A stretch of DNA of 64,000 nt from Bugula neritina (lineage: Eukaryota; Animalia; Bryozoa), in NCBI GenBank assembly GCA_964035545.1, contig OZ037769.1, positions 1,302,001-1,366,000 on the forward strand, written 5' to 3'. The notes under the pieces are model-generated. The model saw only the letters and a list, made by a program, of their open reading frames with translations. It did no database searches and had not been told where the DNA came from. Both the position numbers and the translations under genes were made by a program. Shown here piece by piece: positions 13,001 to 37,200 of the stretch (positions are counted from its first letter, which is position 1; each line of letters begins with the position of its first letter).

Positions 13001-15268
13001 CTTTCCACTTTCAGGTGACAGAAGCTGCATGTGGGCTGATGGTGGATATATAAATGCTGTTTCAATCAATGTAAGTATTTAGCAGAGTATACAGATTGTG
13101 TCTGCAGCTTATAGGTTCTCTGCTGGTATTTGTTGACATATTTGTTGTATAGTAAGAATTTTTGAATTATATGAAAGCATTTAGGCAGTTATATTCTAGT
13201 ACATGTAAATTTTAAACCTGTATTGCTTATAAGTTTTGTTTGCATTACATTAGTACAATAGAGAAGGCTAAAAATATCTCTATAAAAGCTTACTATTTAA
13301 TAGGAATTTATGCAATTTTTGTCAAAATATAGCTTGCTCACTTTAATAACAATTTAGGATTACCGGAAGAAGGGGCATATCATAGTGACCCAGCTTCCTC
13401 TTCCTAACACCGTAAAGGACTTTTGGGCTATGGTTACTGATAATGGTGTAAAGCTCATTGTACAACTGCTAAATCAGGTTTGAATTTGACTACAGCAGCG
13501 TTTTGTTATAGCCTTTAAGTAAAATATTGTCTGTGGAAAGCTTTTTTATGGCAGCCTTTGCAAAAGCTTTTTACTGGTACCTTTTGTTTGATGAGTACAG
13601 CTCAAGAACTGAAAGAGGAAAGTTTGCTCCTGGTAAAGATGCAGGCAACTTAGACTTTATATTGTCCAAATAATTGTTAAAGTTTTGTTAGAGATAAAAA
13701 TGTTGGCATTATCCAAAAGGTTGACTTGTGTCCTGCATTTGTGTATACAGCATCCATGCCATCAAAACACATAGTCATCCGTGCAGCTCAGCACCCGTGT
13801 GGCATTGTAACTGACGAACTTGCAAGAAATAATAGTTTTAATAGGCAATACTCTCTCTAATTCTATGATATACTTATTTAGTTAAGTTTGTATATTGATA
13901 AATTTTATTTTTGATTCATAACTGTAAAACATGTTACAGGATGAAGTCTTCTACCCAGCTCACAATAGTCATACCATGAAATGTGGAGAGTTCCTCATCA
14001 CCAGAATGAGCAGTGAGGTTGGGGATGGAGTCACTTTAGTAAAGATATCTATTGAGAACAAAGGAACTGTAAGTGTCAATTATATATAGACATTTCATAA
14101 AGTTAGAGTTCTTAAATCGGTTGTTGTATTATAAAACAAAACTGATATACGTATAATTTTGAAATCTGTGAAAACAATAACAAACATCTTTTGAAACTGT
14201 AGCAATTCTCTGAGCAAAATAATTGATGTTTTATTCAGATTTTTTGCTTTTTATAAAACTGATTATAGAATTAGACTAACTATAGCATAGTTCAATGTGA
14301 ATTGAAATAAAATGGTAGTTTATCAACAACACATAATAACTTGTATGATGTGCAGGTGTACAATGCTGACATAATCTTGGTAACTGATTGGCCTGAGACT
14401 GAAGAGTTTCCTAAAACAACTTCAATGTTGGCATATCTGGGAGAGCTGGAGAAATACCAGAGACAACACGGAGATCAAAGAATATGTCTTGTTGACCTGT
14501 AAGTAAATACTCCAGTTATTGATTTATATTCAGTTTTTCTCATAGAAAGATGAGCTACTAAGGTCTCTCATAGAAAGATGAGCTATGGTCGTTAAAGTTA
14601 ATCAACTCTAAAATTGAATTAGATGAGTGGAAAGACACCTTCCCTTTACCCTAATCCTTTATATTAAATATATGTTTCATAAACTACTGTCCTTCATTGC
14701 AATATATAATTGTATCAAATTTGCTGAGTTGATGTACATAAAGCTGTTGTAATATCTTGAATTTGCCAATAAATTAATCTTTTTCTAGAAATGGGAACAA
14801 CCGCTGCGGACTATTTGTCTCGGCATACAATGCTGTGGAGAAGCTGAAGACTGAACAGAAAGTTGATCTGTACAACACAGTGCTGATGTTGAGACACGCT
14901 CGTCCTGAGTTTGTCAGTGATCTGGTAAGTTCTATATCAACACCACGGTACTGTTATGTTGCTAGTATATGGTATAGCTATGAGAACACTGCTATGCTAT
15001 TGTAATATTGATTACGTCATGTACCTGTGAGAGCACCGCGAATAGAATAGTTATTTTTAAGGGATACAGTAAACTTTGCATGTGTTTTAGTTTAAAGGCG
15101 GTCATAGGATGCGAAGTTGAGTTATATACATTTTAGTAACTGAAATTAGAGATAGATAGACCTAATAATCCTGTGATGCATATTGTGTTTTAGAGGAGTT
15201 ATGTCTACCTGTACCAACTTATTCAGCAGTACATAGATACTTTCTCTGAGTATGGAAACTTTCAGTGA
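1029..15268 (+). CDS. Receptor-type protein tyrosine phosphatase, copy A (5' exons upstream of window; lectin-like domain, 7 FN3, TM, PTP D1+D2); probably catalytically dead, truncated or pseudogenising
   Basis: About 37 GT-AG exons, e.g. 1029-1214 and 1596-1838 (lectin-like, AVDVN..WWRV); FN3 exon pairs 2074-6968; 7612-7892 (RKKR); TM 8407-8542 ([27 protein letters not shown]); D1 motifs DFINAS (10102-10175), [38 protein letters not shown] (11521-11938), QEQY; D2 exons 12746-15268 ending SEYGNFQ*. The acceptor at 10287-10288 reads AT and the P-loop Arg codon is CAG. Confidence 0.9.
4729..4856. mobile_element. Short imperfect inverted-repeat (MITE-like) element in an intron; counterpart in copy B at ~22771-22898, largely deleted in copy C
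   Basis: In copy B the ends GTGACTTGGTATTAA...TTAATACCTAGTCAC are near reverse complements; copy C keeps only the right end at ~33988. Confidence 0.45.
12246..12317 (+). mobile_element. tRNA-derived SINE head or tRNA pseudogene in an intron
   Basis: A-box-like TGTAGTGTAATATGG and perfect B-box GGTTCGAATCCC at tRNA-like spacing; no clean acceptor stem. Confidence 0.55.
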
Positions 15269-16599
15269 AAGGATAAACCTTAATATATATTATACTATAT
15301 ATATATATCTATTTTGCTAACCACAATACTCAACTTATCTGCTTATATTTAGCCTACCCTGTATGTTAGGCACCCTCTATGTAACAACAGTAACACAATA
15401 ATATTTACCTGCAAATATTGTGGAATGAATAACTATAGCAATTACCCAACCCTAACTTTTCAGTCCTAAAGTTCATTTCTCACCTTACCTTTCTTCACCA
15501 TTTCTTAATCGGGTGGCGAGCTTTTGCCTAACTCCCAGGCTAAACTTTATTTGATGAGTGATAATCAACATAATAACATTTTGCTAAATCAGAGTGATAT
15601 ATATATTTACGTATATTTTTTTGAAAGGTTGAAACTATATAATAAAACATTAAATAAACAGCTAAATACCAAACTGGAGACACGATTAATAAAGAGATGA
15701 CAAACTCATGTGATGCGTGAATAAACATAACAAAAATGATTGGTGATGATTGCGTAATCAATTTGGTCGGAAGACGCATGACATGATTGCTACAAATAAC
15801 GTTTGTGTATCACAAGTCACAACTGGTTTGATAGTTATGTTCTAGTTGTATAAAGATATGAACACAATGCAGTGTATTCAAGTTAAGCAATAGGTTTAAT
15901 GAGCAGTAGTAGCTTTGTGGGTAGATTTCAGTATGACATTATATGTCTTGAGCTCTCCTCTATTAGAAATGGTGTATAATATATTATATCTGGTCACTGC
16001 TCAGTCTAAACTAAACAGAAAAGCTTACATAAGTACCAATACCCATTGAGTTGTCTTACGTTGCAAAGCAAAGCTTAAAACTATCTTAGAAAATATCTTT
16101 AAGCATAGCAAGTTGACGATTGACAAGGAAGTTGTTTTAACTTAAAACTTGACTTGTATATTCCTTTAGCATGATTTCAAATAACTCTAGCCTAATTTCT
16201 ACTCATGTGACTGTGGATTTAACTACTTCTCAGTCTATACAAATATTTTTGTTATATTTTCTTTAAACTAATGAATGCTCAAACTGAATAGAAAGCCTTC
16301 TATTAGCAAAAGCAATAAAAAGCTGACAAAAGACCTATAGAACAGATATATTATTATATAGAAACTCAACAATGAACAGGGAAGTTGATTTAAACAAAAC
16401 TTCTTTACTTACAATATATTCTATTGTGAGTGAAACTCTAATATGTTCTACATAGCACTTCAGTAACACATGTATGTGAAGGTAGAATAGGTTGAGAAAC
16501 AGCCTAGAGTAAAGTTTTGAAGTAGATCATTCATACTATGTTGAGTGAAAGAAGACAATATATTAGTTACAGTATCTATGAAGGTCATCTAAGCAGAAG

Positions 16600-27000
<10,401 letters not shown>

Positions 27001-28227
27001 TTATTAAGTTTATTCTACTCTAACATTAGTATCCAGTAAACTAAAGTACTTCTATATGCTTATGATGTGATATAAAGTCTAAAGTTTGGTTGATCTACTT
27101 TTTACTAACATCTACAATAACATCTCTTACAAACTAAACCAATTTTTACAAGATATATATGAATATATTTCACATTTTGTTTGTTTTTATTGAATATCAT
27201 ATGCTACACCATAGTAGTAATAATTAATGTGTTACACCATAGTAATAGAGTTCTCTCATAGTCTATATATCTAACACGGACCTTCTTATTTATTTATTTT
27301 TAGAATTTTTAAACCTTTCACTCACACTTTGCTTTTTTAAAGTAATCTTCTAATAAACCTTAATTATGATACTATGTTTTTTAATGAACCTAAATTATGA
27401 TACTAGGTTTTTTATGGACACTATTTAGCAAATGGCTGAATTATTAGTACATGTCAGTATGTATGAAGAATGGGCAGTTCCAAAGTAGTAACAGGTTTGA
27501 AATCAATCAATTACATGCATTATATAAAAAGAGTTTTTAATAGCTGTGGTATAATTTCTACTCATGTACTTGTGAATATAACTCAGTCTATTCATATATT
27601 TCTGCTCTATTACATGCATACTAATGAATGCTCAAATTAAATATAAAAGCTGTCATGATTACTATTATACCCAATGAGTTGTGTTACATTATGATGTAAA
27701 GCCTAAAAACTAACTTAGAAAAGATCTCTAAGACTAGCAAATCTACTATTGACAAGGAAGTTGTTTTAACTTGAAACTTGACTTGTATATTATTTTAGCT
27801 TGATTCCAAATACCTTTAGCCCAATTTCTACTCATGTGACTGTGGATCTAACTACTTCTCAGTCTATACAAATGTTTTTGTTCTATTTTCTCTTAACTAA
27901 TGACTTCTCAAACTGAATAGAAAGCCTTCTATTAGCAAAAGCAAAAAAAAAGCTGACAAAAGACCCATAGAAAAAATCTATTATTATAGAAACTCAACAA
28001 TGAACAGGGAAGTTGTTTTAAACTAAACTTCTTTACACACAATATATTCTATTGTGAGTGAAACTCTAATATGTTCTACATAGCACTTCAGTAACACACG
28101 TATGTGAAGGTTGAATAGGTTAAGAAACAGCCTAGAGTAAAGTTTTGAAGTAAATTATTCATACTGTGTTGAGTGAAAGAAGACAGTATATTAGTTAGAG
28201 TATCTATGAAGGTCAACTAAGCAGAAG

Positions 28228-31192
28228 ATGATGTTGACTAGAATATTGTTGTGTCTACTAGTTATACCACTTCTAGCAGTCAACTCTTACTCTCCAGGTA
28301 TGTATTACATATTGTTCTGTGCATCTATCAAATATATGAGTTTATTATATTCTAGATATAGAAGCACATAAGGATACCGTTATTTCAGGCAGAGTCTCTT
28401 AGAGGAACAGTATAATATAAAAATTGCAGTTGTTTTTCATACTCACTGGTTCAAATTTCTTTTGATCTCATTCATTTATGAATAGTAAAATGGAGAACGA
28501 TTATTGTGTGCTACTACATCTGAGCAGGAGCTGTTAAGTTGGTGCAGTAACTAATTTATATATGATACAGAATACATAATACAGTCTGACAATTAACAAA
28601 ATTTTCCACTTACAACTCAAACAGCGAACCTAGCCAAAGAGAGGGCCACGCAAGCAAGCACTGTCTTTGGTAATTCGTATCCTGCAAACTGGGCTGTCGA
28701 TGGGGACACTGGCACATTTTTCTACAGTGCTGAGGAACCTGATGATTGGTGGAGAGTGTGGCTTTTTAAAGTAACACTTGTTAGAAGAATAGTCATTGAC
28801 ACTGGTGCTAGTAAGTGTTGATCTCCAAGGGCAAATAAAATATTGTTACAGGTAATACAAGTAATACCAGTAAGCCATCATTGTCATCTCATATTGCTTT
28901 AATTGTTTTATTGGGGTTTCAGCTAATATTATATACATATATATGAAAATGAAATAAGTTATGTATTTAAATTGAGGTAATGTCTATAAGCTTTTACTGC
29001 TAGTGTGAAAACTATATTAATTTGGCTGTGTAATGGTCAGGCACTGGGATAATGATTAACTATATAAGTGAATTATCATTAGTAAATTACCAAGTGGTTT
29101 ACAGTGCTTTATAAATTATAAACTCTAGTTAAACATGCATCTTTGTACTTGAATCATTGAACGTACAATGGCTTGATATTTCACACTATTTTGAAGACAA
29201 CAGATCACACGTACTGTGCACTGTAAAGTGGTAAAAAAGCACAATAATTCAAGGCCAGCAATCTTTGTAAGATTGCACACAATAATTCCGTTCAACTTTT
29301 CTATTTTTAGCTCGAGGATTTACCAATGTCTCTATTCTATCAACTTCTAGGAATAATCCCACTGATGTACCTCACCCAGAGAGTTCAGACTGGAGAGTTC
29401 TACAGTCTGGAGTAACACGCACAGAAAGTGATCCTACCATATTCAAATTTGACTTTGCCCTAGATGAGAATGTAGAAGCTAGACAGATTGCTCTCTACAG
29501 TGCTACTCGTGGATTACAGGTCGCTGAAATGGAAGTCTATGATGCAGGTGAATGAACAATTTGCTGAATATCAATTTAAGGCCCAGAAATTTACTACAAT
29601 TTTTTTCCTATTGATATGAAAGTGGTTCTTAATTGAAAAACTAAAACACTGCCTGATTATTTGTATAGCCTTGAATTTTATCAGGTTTCAGTGTGTTAAC
29701 ATAGGTAATGTAGAAATTAAATAATATAATTTTCAACTAAAATTTATATATTATTGAACGTAGCTTAATGTTGAATTGACAACACATGCATATACAGTAC
29801 ATATATTATACATCATTCTGATTATTACACTATAATATAATAAAGTCACATCTAATTTATCTACATTAACCTAGACTAAGTGAAATAGTTTTTGATCTAG
29901 ACTACCGTTTCTTCCATGCATGCTGTAGCCTAAATTCTTAATTATGTATGATAGAACCAGACCTAAATATCACCTGTTGTTAAGAGAAAATCTAAATCAT
30001 GTGAATTGTATTCATACACACCTATCAGATACTCCATCAACTGGTTAGTTTATTAGTAGGCCAGTATAATTCACTTACAGATTACTCCTACCACTGTATT
30101 ACTTACCAAAATGGTAACCTTATTCTGTATTAACATAGGAAGAGGAAAACCCACTATATATATCAAACAATTTATAGCCTACACTACATGAATCAAGAGT
30201 GCATGCATAGTAAATAATCAAATATTCGTAAGATGGCATTTTTTAGAACTGCTTATACATTTTTCAGTGAATATAGCAGAAGGAAGATATACAGTCAGCA
30301 AGACTCATTATAACATATACGAGGTTAGTGGGAAAGCAGTAGATGTAAACCCTAGGTCGTTTTATAGAAGTGAAGACAAACCTGATCAGTGGTGGAGAGT
30401 GGAGTTGGATGATACTGTATATGTTAGAGTACTAGCTATCCGTAATAAAGATTGTGAGTATAATATTTGTGTTAATAATCTACAAAGCAGTTTATTTGCA
30501 ACGTAATCAGGACTTGTATGAGAGTTGAAATAATTGCCCAACTAGTTTAGGGTAAATTTTAGTATGAGGTAGAGGCATTTTGTAAAAAAAGAAAGATTAC
30601 CATTGCAATTAAAGTGATAGAATGACATTTGTCAAACTACTTTAAATATTTAGGAATAGGTTTTATTCAATTTAGTTAAGAAATTTAGGTTTCATTCTTT
30701 AAACATACTGTAAATAGCTTTATCATCTACTATTTTCACTTTAAATAAGAATCTTGGAAAATAGCATACAACTTTGTTACAAACAATTCAATAATTCAAT
30801 AAAAATATCCTTTGTTCAATTCAATTCAATAATTCAATAAAAATCCCATTTGTTTTACTTAAGCTGGAAGGTTTAAAGACGTATCAATCCTGTCATCAAC
30901 ACACTCCTCCGTAACAGATGATCCAACACCTACAAGTTCAGAATGGACTCTGGTCATGTCTGGGATATCACGAGAATCACATACAAGCTCTACAGAACTC
31001 ACATATAACTTTGATATAAGAAATGAGTTACAAACTAGACACATTGCTCTCTACAGCTCTAATAGTATTGGACTGAGCATGCTAGAGGTTCAGATATTTG
31101 TATATGGTAAGTGGTTTTGTATCATGTTCTATTTTAGTTTATCGCAACTCAGCCAGTTTGTATTGTACCGTTTGTATTATATATATACAAAT

Positions 31193-31285
<93 letters not shown>

Positions 31286-34200
31286 AAAAGGTATTCCGAT
31301 ATTATATATTCTATTCTAGACTTGGTGCTTACATGGCAAGCCTCCTCAGCTGTTCTGGCAGCAACCAGTAGTTCATGTGTGACCCTCACATGGACACGAC
31401 CAGATGCAGAATTTGGTGAAATATCTAATTATAGAGTTAGTATTTATTACTTGTATTTACTACATTGTCCATTCTCTTAAAACAATTCAACAATAGTTGA
31501 AGTTTATTAAAATACATTAATATCTATGTTTAGTACAAGTGTACTTCACAAGATGACTGGACTATCACAGAGAACACCGAGTTACAGACCCAGATATGTG
31601 GATATTCTCCTTCTACAGATGTACAGTGTGAGCTGGAAGCATGGAACAGTCATAAATACAGTTCAATTACCACCTCTGTGGTTCAAACTCTCTGTACAGG
31701 TATAGCCTGACATATAGAAGTCATTTAGGCAGTTTGTTTCTCTATGTAACATAGGTCTGATTATTAAAGTGATTTGCTTATATTATCTGACATTATTGTT
31801 GCTATATTAAAAGTATGTTTTATATAAATAATGTCAACATAATTACTTATTTCAGTTCCTATTAGAATATACCTGAGTTTGTTACATACATGCTTCAAAT
31901 AATTTTATTAGAAGCCAAATTTATTTCAGCTCCTTCAAAGCCAACAGCAGTTAAATTAACAAATGACACACCAAATAGAATGGTGACAGATGGTAAAGTT
32001 CAACTACTGTATTCTGTACAGTGGACTGTAAGTATTGTTGGATATAGTGTAAAGTCGGGATTTTCGCTTGATCGTCACAAAATAACGATTTGGTTGCTAC
32101 CCATTCCACAACACCTCATTTACAAAAAAAATGTTTTCAGTTCAAATTTTGTATATTATACATATTACAGCAAACCTACATAAATATACTTGTAAAAGTA
32201 AAAAAAATTATTAAAGTTCAATAATGACTTAACATATAGCTATTTTTTGTCAAAACCAGTTAGAAGAAATTTAGAAAACTTTATAGAACAGTGTAGAAAC
32301 TCTTCCATTTAGCACATATTTTTGATTTTCGTCGTAGGTATTTTTATTGAGCTAATTATTCACAATTGTATATTTTCATTTCTTGTTTTAGGCACCCCAA
32401 AGTTCAAACTGTGAAAGTATAACAGGATATGATGTAAGATATCCAACAACTGAATCTACTTCTACACAAGTCAGTAGTACCAGTACTAGCATACTGACAG
32501 ATGGTGATGTGGAGATAACTTTCTCCGTTAGAGCTAAGAATAATGATGACCTCTATTCAGAATATGAGACACTTGTGTTTACATCTGATAAATTAGGTAA
32601 GATTTACCTGTAAATTGTTTTTTTAGTGTCCTAAAGTTATTCTTGCATGATTAGCGATTATTCTATGTGAGAGATCGTCGTAACTTAATTGAAAACAAAG
32701 ATCTTTCAAACATTTTCACATTTAAAAGGTCCAGTTTGGGATGGTACTCCCCGGCCTTCTATCCACCCTTCTAGTAGTGAGTGTGTCTCACTATCCTGGA
32801 CTCTACCAGATTATTCTAATGGTGACATACAGAAATATGAGGTGAGAGAAAGCTATTTTTTCTGCAGTATCTAACTTGTTTAATAAATTGCCTGATACTG
32901 AAAATCAATTTTCTCAATTGACTTTCAAGTTTATTATATTAATTGCTATACAAACAACTCATGTAGTGTAAAATTAAGTTACTGCTTTGTTTATTGAAAC
33001 TGTGCCAATAAAACTGAATCAGTCAATCTTTGGCCAATGCTAACTTTATCTAATGTTAATCTCTAAACCTGTATCCTCAGATAAAATGTACGGGTCAAAC
33101 AGACTGGACTGAAGTTGAGTCATCTCAACTAGACACACTTGTCTGTGGATATTCTCCAAACACAGAAGTACAGTGTACAGTGAGAGCTTGGAATGAGCAG
33201 ACATTTAGTGATGTCATTACATCGGATAAAGTCAGGACTTACTGTTCAGGTATCTTTTCATAAAATACATTATTCTGTATAATTATATTTTATTGTCTTG
33301 TAATTTTATTTTCTGTATGGAAATGACAAAAAGAGTCAAAAGACATATATTGGTTTATGAGATTGTTTTAGGTGAAGATTGTACGATTTATAATCGCCCA
33401 CTTTATTACAGCTTCCACATCTCCAATAAGTATTCAGTTTAATGACAGAGGTCTAAAGACAGAGAGTGACAGAACAAGAAGGGAATATCTCATTACTTGG
33501 CAGGTCTGTGTATATAGTTTATCAAATAATAATGTAACAGAGAACTATAATGTCGCGTATTATATCCAATGCAAGTGTCTTTTTAAATTAAAGAAGCTAT
33601 CAATTTTTTAATCAGAGAGTTTACTTACATTGTTGAAAGAAATAGCAAAAATTATTGTTTTTGTATTCTAATGCAATATGAGCATATTGATAGTTTACCT
33701 TGTTACATAACAGGCTCCATCTTTAATAAACTGTGACAGTATAGCAGAGTATGAAATAAGATTTCCAACATCCTCTTCTGATATAATAACAATGACCTCT
33801 AGAAGTATGACAGTGTATACAGAAGGTGATGTAGAGGTCAGCTTCTGGGTGAGAGCTGTGAACAATGCTGGAAATATTTCTGAACCTCTTATTAGGACTA
33901 TTACTACTGCTACTTTCAGTAAGTCATTCTATGATTAAATGTATGTAACATACACATCTTTTTCAATATATAGGCGTTTGTATTATATACCTAGTCACTT
34001 AGTATGCTTTAAATGATATTTTCTTTAGTGTATTGCAGCCAACAGTTGCTTTATTAATCATTCCTTAAAAAGTAGTTAAAATGCTGTTACTTTATCATTT
34101 TTACAAACAGGTATTATACATTTATTTGCAATAGTTTTAAGCATTTTAGTTACATTTATAGTTATATTAATAATAGACTAAACATTCCTTACAAATCTTT

Positions 34201-37200
34201 CATCATTCTGAATTTCAAGTGCAAAATGACTCATTTTCAAGTAATGTATTAACATAAAAATAACCAAAATTCATTTCCTTGTGTACACAACTCTTCATCT
34301 CAAAACATATCTAGGGCCCCAAATAGCACCACGAGATTTCCAGTTGAAAGTTATCAACTCGAGTTGTATAAGGTTGTCATGGCAACCACCAGAATATCCC
34401 AATGGACCAATCACACAATATGAGGTAAATATTTAAATAACAAATATATATACATTGTAATTATTACACATTTATTATAACGTTTGGTGATGCTTGATTT
34501 TTCAAACATGTACTCAAAATGTTAAATTAGGATTAAATTAGATCAAATGAAGATATGAGATAAATTTATAGAATATGTTATATTAGTATAATATAAGACT
34601 TTAAATTTATCTCAAATTTTTGTTCACTCTAAAAGAGTCATAAATAAAACCTAACCTTGTGACTCATTGTAGTACAAGTGTACTGGACACAGTGACTGGC
34701 CCATTGTTGAGAGGGCAACTCTTGACTCTGTAGAATGTGGATATTTAGCCCATCAGCTGGTAGAATGTGAGATATTCGCTAAAAACAGCGAAGGAAAGAG
34801 TGATGGTGCGGAAAATAATGCAAAAACTCTTTGTGCAGGTAGTTGTCTATTGTCACTAATACCATAGCTCTGCTTGTTTGCTGTAATACATCAGGAACCT
34901 AAGTATAAATGTAGTATAACTTCTTCTCATAACATATTTCAGCCCCAGAGTTCCACTTTGATTTGTCTCCATACATCCTAGGAAAAGCCTCTAACAACTC
35001 AGATGGTCTGGCAGAAATCAACTTGAATCTACTTAATTCCTCAGTGGTAGGTTTAGTTTAAAGTAATAAGTTGATTTTTAAATTGCTGCCTATGAATAGT
35101 AACTTCATTTTTTGCAAAGTATTTTGTATGCAAACTTGAGTAAAGTTATCCAAGGAAATCTGCTACGATATACAAAAAAAAATTTAAACACTTTTGCTTA
35201 AATGCTTTTTTTATCGACTTATCATCATTCGTGTTCTATGACAAGTTAAATAAGTCTACTTTGTGTTTTAAAAGCAAAACATAACTTTAATTTGCTCTCA
35301 ATTTTCACAGAACAGAATAAACTGTGTCTCACTCACAAGTCTAGAGTATAAACTCAGTGATCAAGACAACTACACAAATGCTGGAGAATTTATTTATGGA
35401 CTACAACCCTACACTAACTACACTCTGTATATCAGAGCTACTAATAATGAGCAATTTACTCAGAATCTAACTTGGACACTGCTGACAAAACAGCTGGGTA
35501 ATTATTGCTTAAATTTACAAAATGCCAATAATATATTGTATACACGTCATATTATGTTGTGTTGAACTAGGCTTTATCAGTTTTTATAACAGATATTTAT
35601 TTGTTTTCAATAATGTATCTTGACTTGATCTGAAATATTATCTTTACCATTTTAGCTCCAAGTGATTCTCCAAGAATAATTACAGATTTTGAAGCCAGCT
35701 GTGTGAATTTAATCATTTCTCCACCTGAGTATCCCAATGGACTTTTAACACATTACTCTGTAAGTTGTAAACTGAATTGAGGCTTTTAAGAGCTTTAATA
35801 ATATCCAACATTAAAGTGGCAATAAAACAGTATTAATCATGTTTTCAAAATGTCTTCTCTTCTATAGTATGCCTGTGACGAGGTGAGCATAGGAATAGAT
35901 GAGAATCTCACCAAAGTAGTTGATAACATATCTGTGAGTTATGAGGAAAAGGAAAGAAAACTCTCACTCTGTAACCTGACCTCAGCAACCAGAATTAGAT
36001 GTACAGTAAGAGCTGTGAACAGTGCTGGAGAGAGTCCAGTCGTAGTGGTAGATGAATACACTAAGCTAAAACGTGAGTAGCCATATTTAACCACATAATT
36101 GCTTGGAAAACACATTAAAGATAGAAAAAAATTCAGGATAAATTTGACGGAGAAAACATTGAAGGATGAATTTGAAATTTAAGTTTAGCTTCTTGGCAGA
36201 AGTGTCCGTGTAAAATATGCAGAAAACAACAGAAGTAACTATCACACTTTTGTTATTTATTCATTTCAAGTAAAAGCAAGGTCTTGTTCAGACACTATTG
36301 ACAGTTTTTTCATATGTTGCCAAAATATGGTTTATTACGTCGTATATGCTGTTTTATAAGCATTTTTGTTTCTTGAGTTAATTAAAAGACCATCATTTAC
36401 ATTGATTATTTATTGCAGAATATTTTATTTAGATGTATAAAGCAAGTTTAATGACAAAGAAATGATGTCAAAATTTAAAAGTTTACTATAATTATACTTT
36501 AGTAAAAGATGGATATGATACCATAACAGAAATACCATCATCTTCTCCTGGAGAATCGCTTTCGTTAACCATTTCCACACCTTTATTTGAGAATGGAGAA
36601 GTGAGGTTTGTCTTGTTTAAACGCTAAAAAAATGAACAGTATATGATAGTATTTGACTGGAAATGTCAGTTAAACACTTATCCAAAGATCTCAATGACTG
36701 TAATATTTCGCAATGATTGTACTTTTCTTTTACAGCAAGTACCAAATAGTTCTCCAACAACAATCTCAACAGAACAGAAAGAAGAGAGATTTCTCATTAG
36801 AAAGTGACGGATGTAACTCAACTCAACTATTCAGCTACTCTGTATCTCAAGAGAAAGGGTTAACATGTTACATAACAGCAGAGATAGATGTAGAGACAGA
36901 TGGTGAAACAACAGTCAATATTGGTGATGGTAAAACATATGGTGGATATGAGAATGTGGATCTGGTTCCTGGAGCAGACTACTTCTTGGTGGTTGTAGCA
37001 GTTGTCACAGTGGAGGTTTGATTAGGCATCAAAAACACAAAAAAATTCAAATGTGTTTACTGTTTAGTAAGAAATAAGATTATGGCTTGCTTGTTTGACT
37101 TTTTGACTTCAACATAGTTTGAAACTTGATTGGCTGAAAATGGTTTTGATAAATAATAGCCTCCGTAAAATATATGTTCATTATCTACTATAAAACAGGA

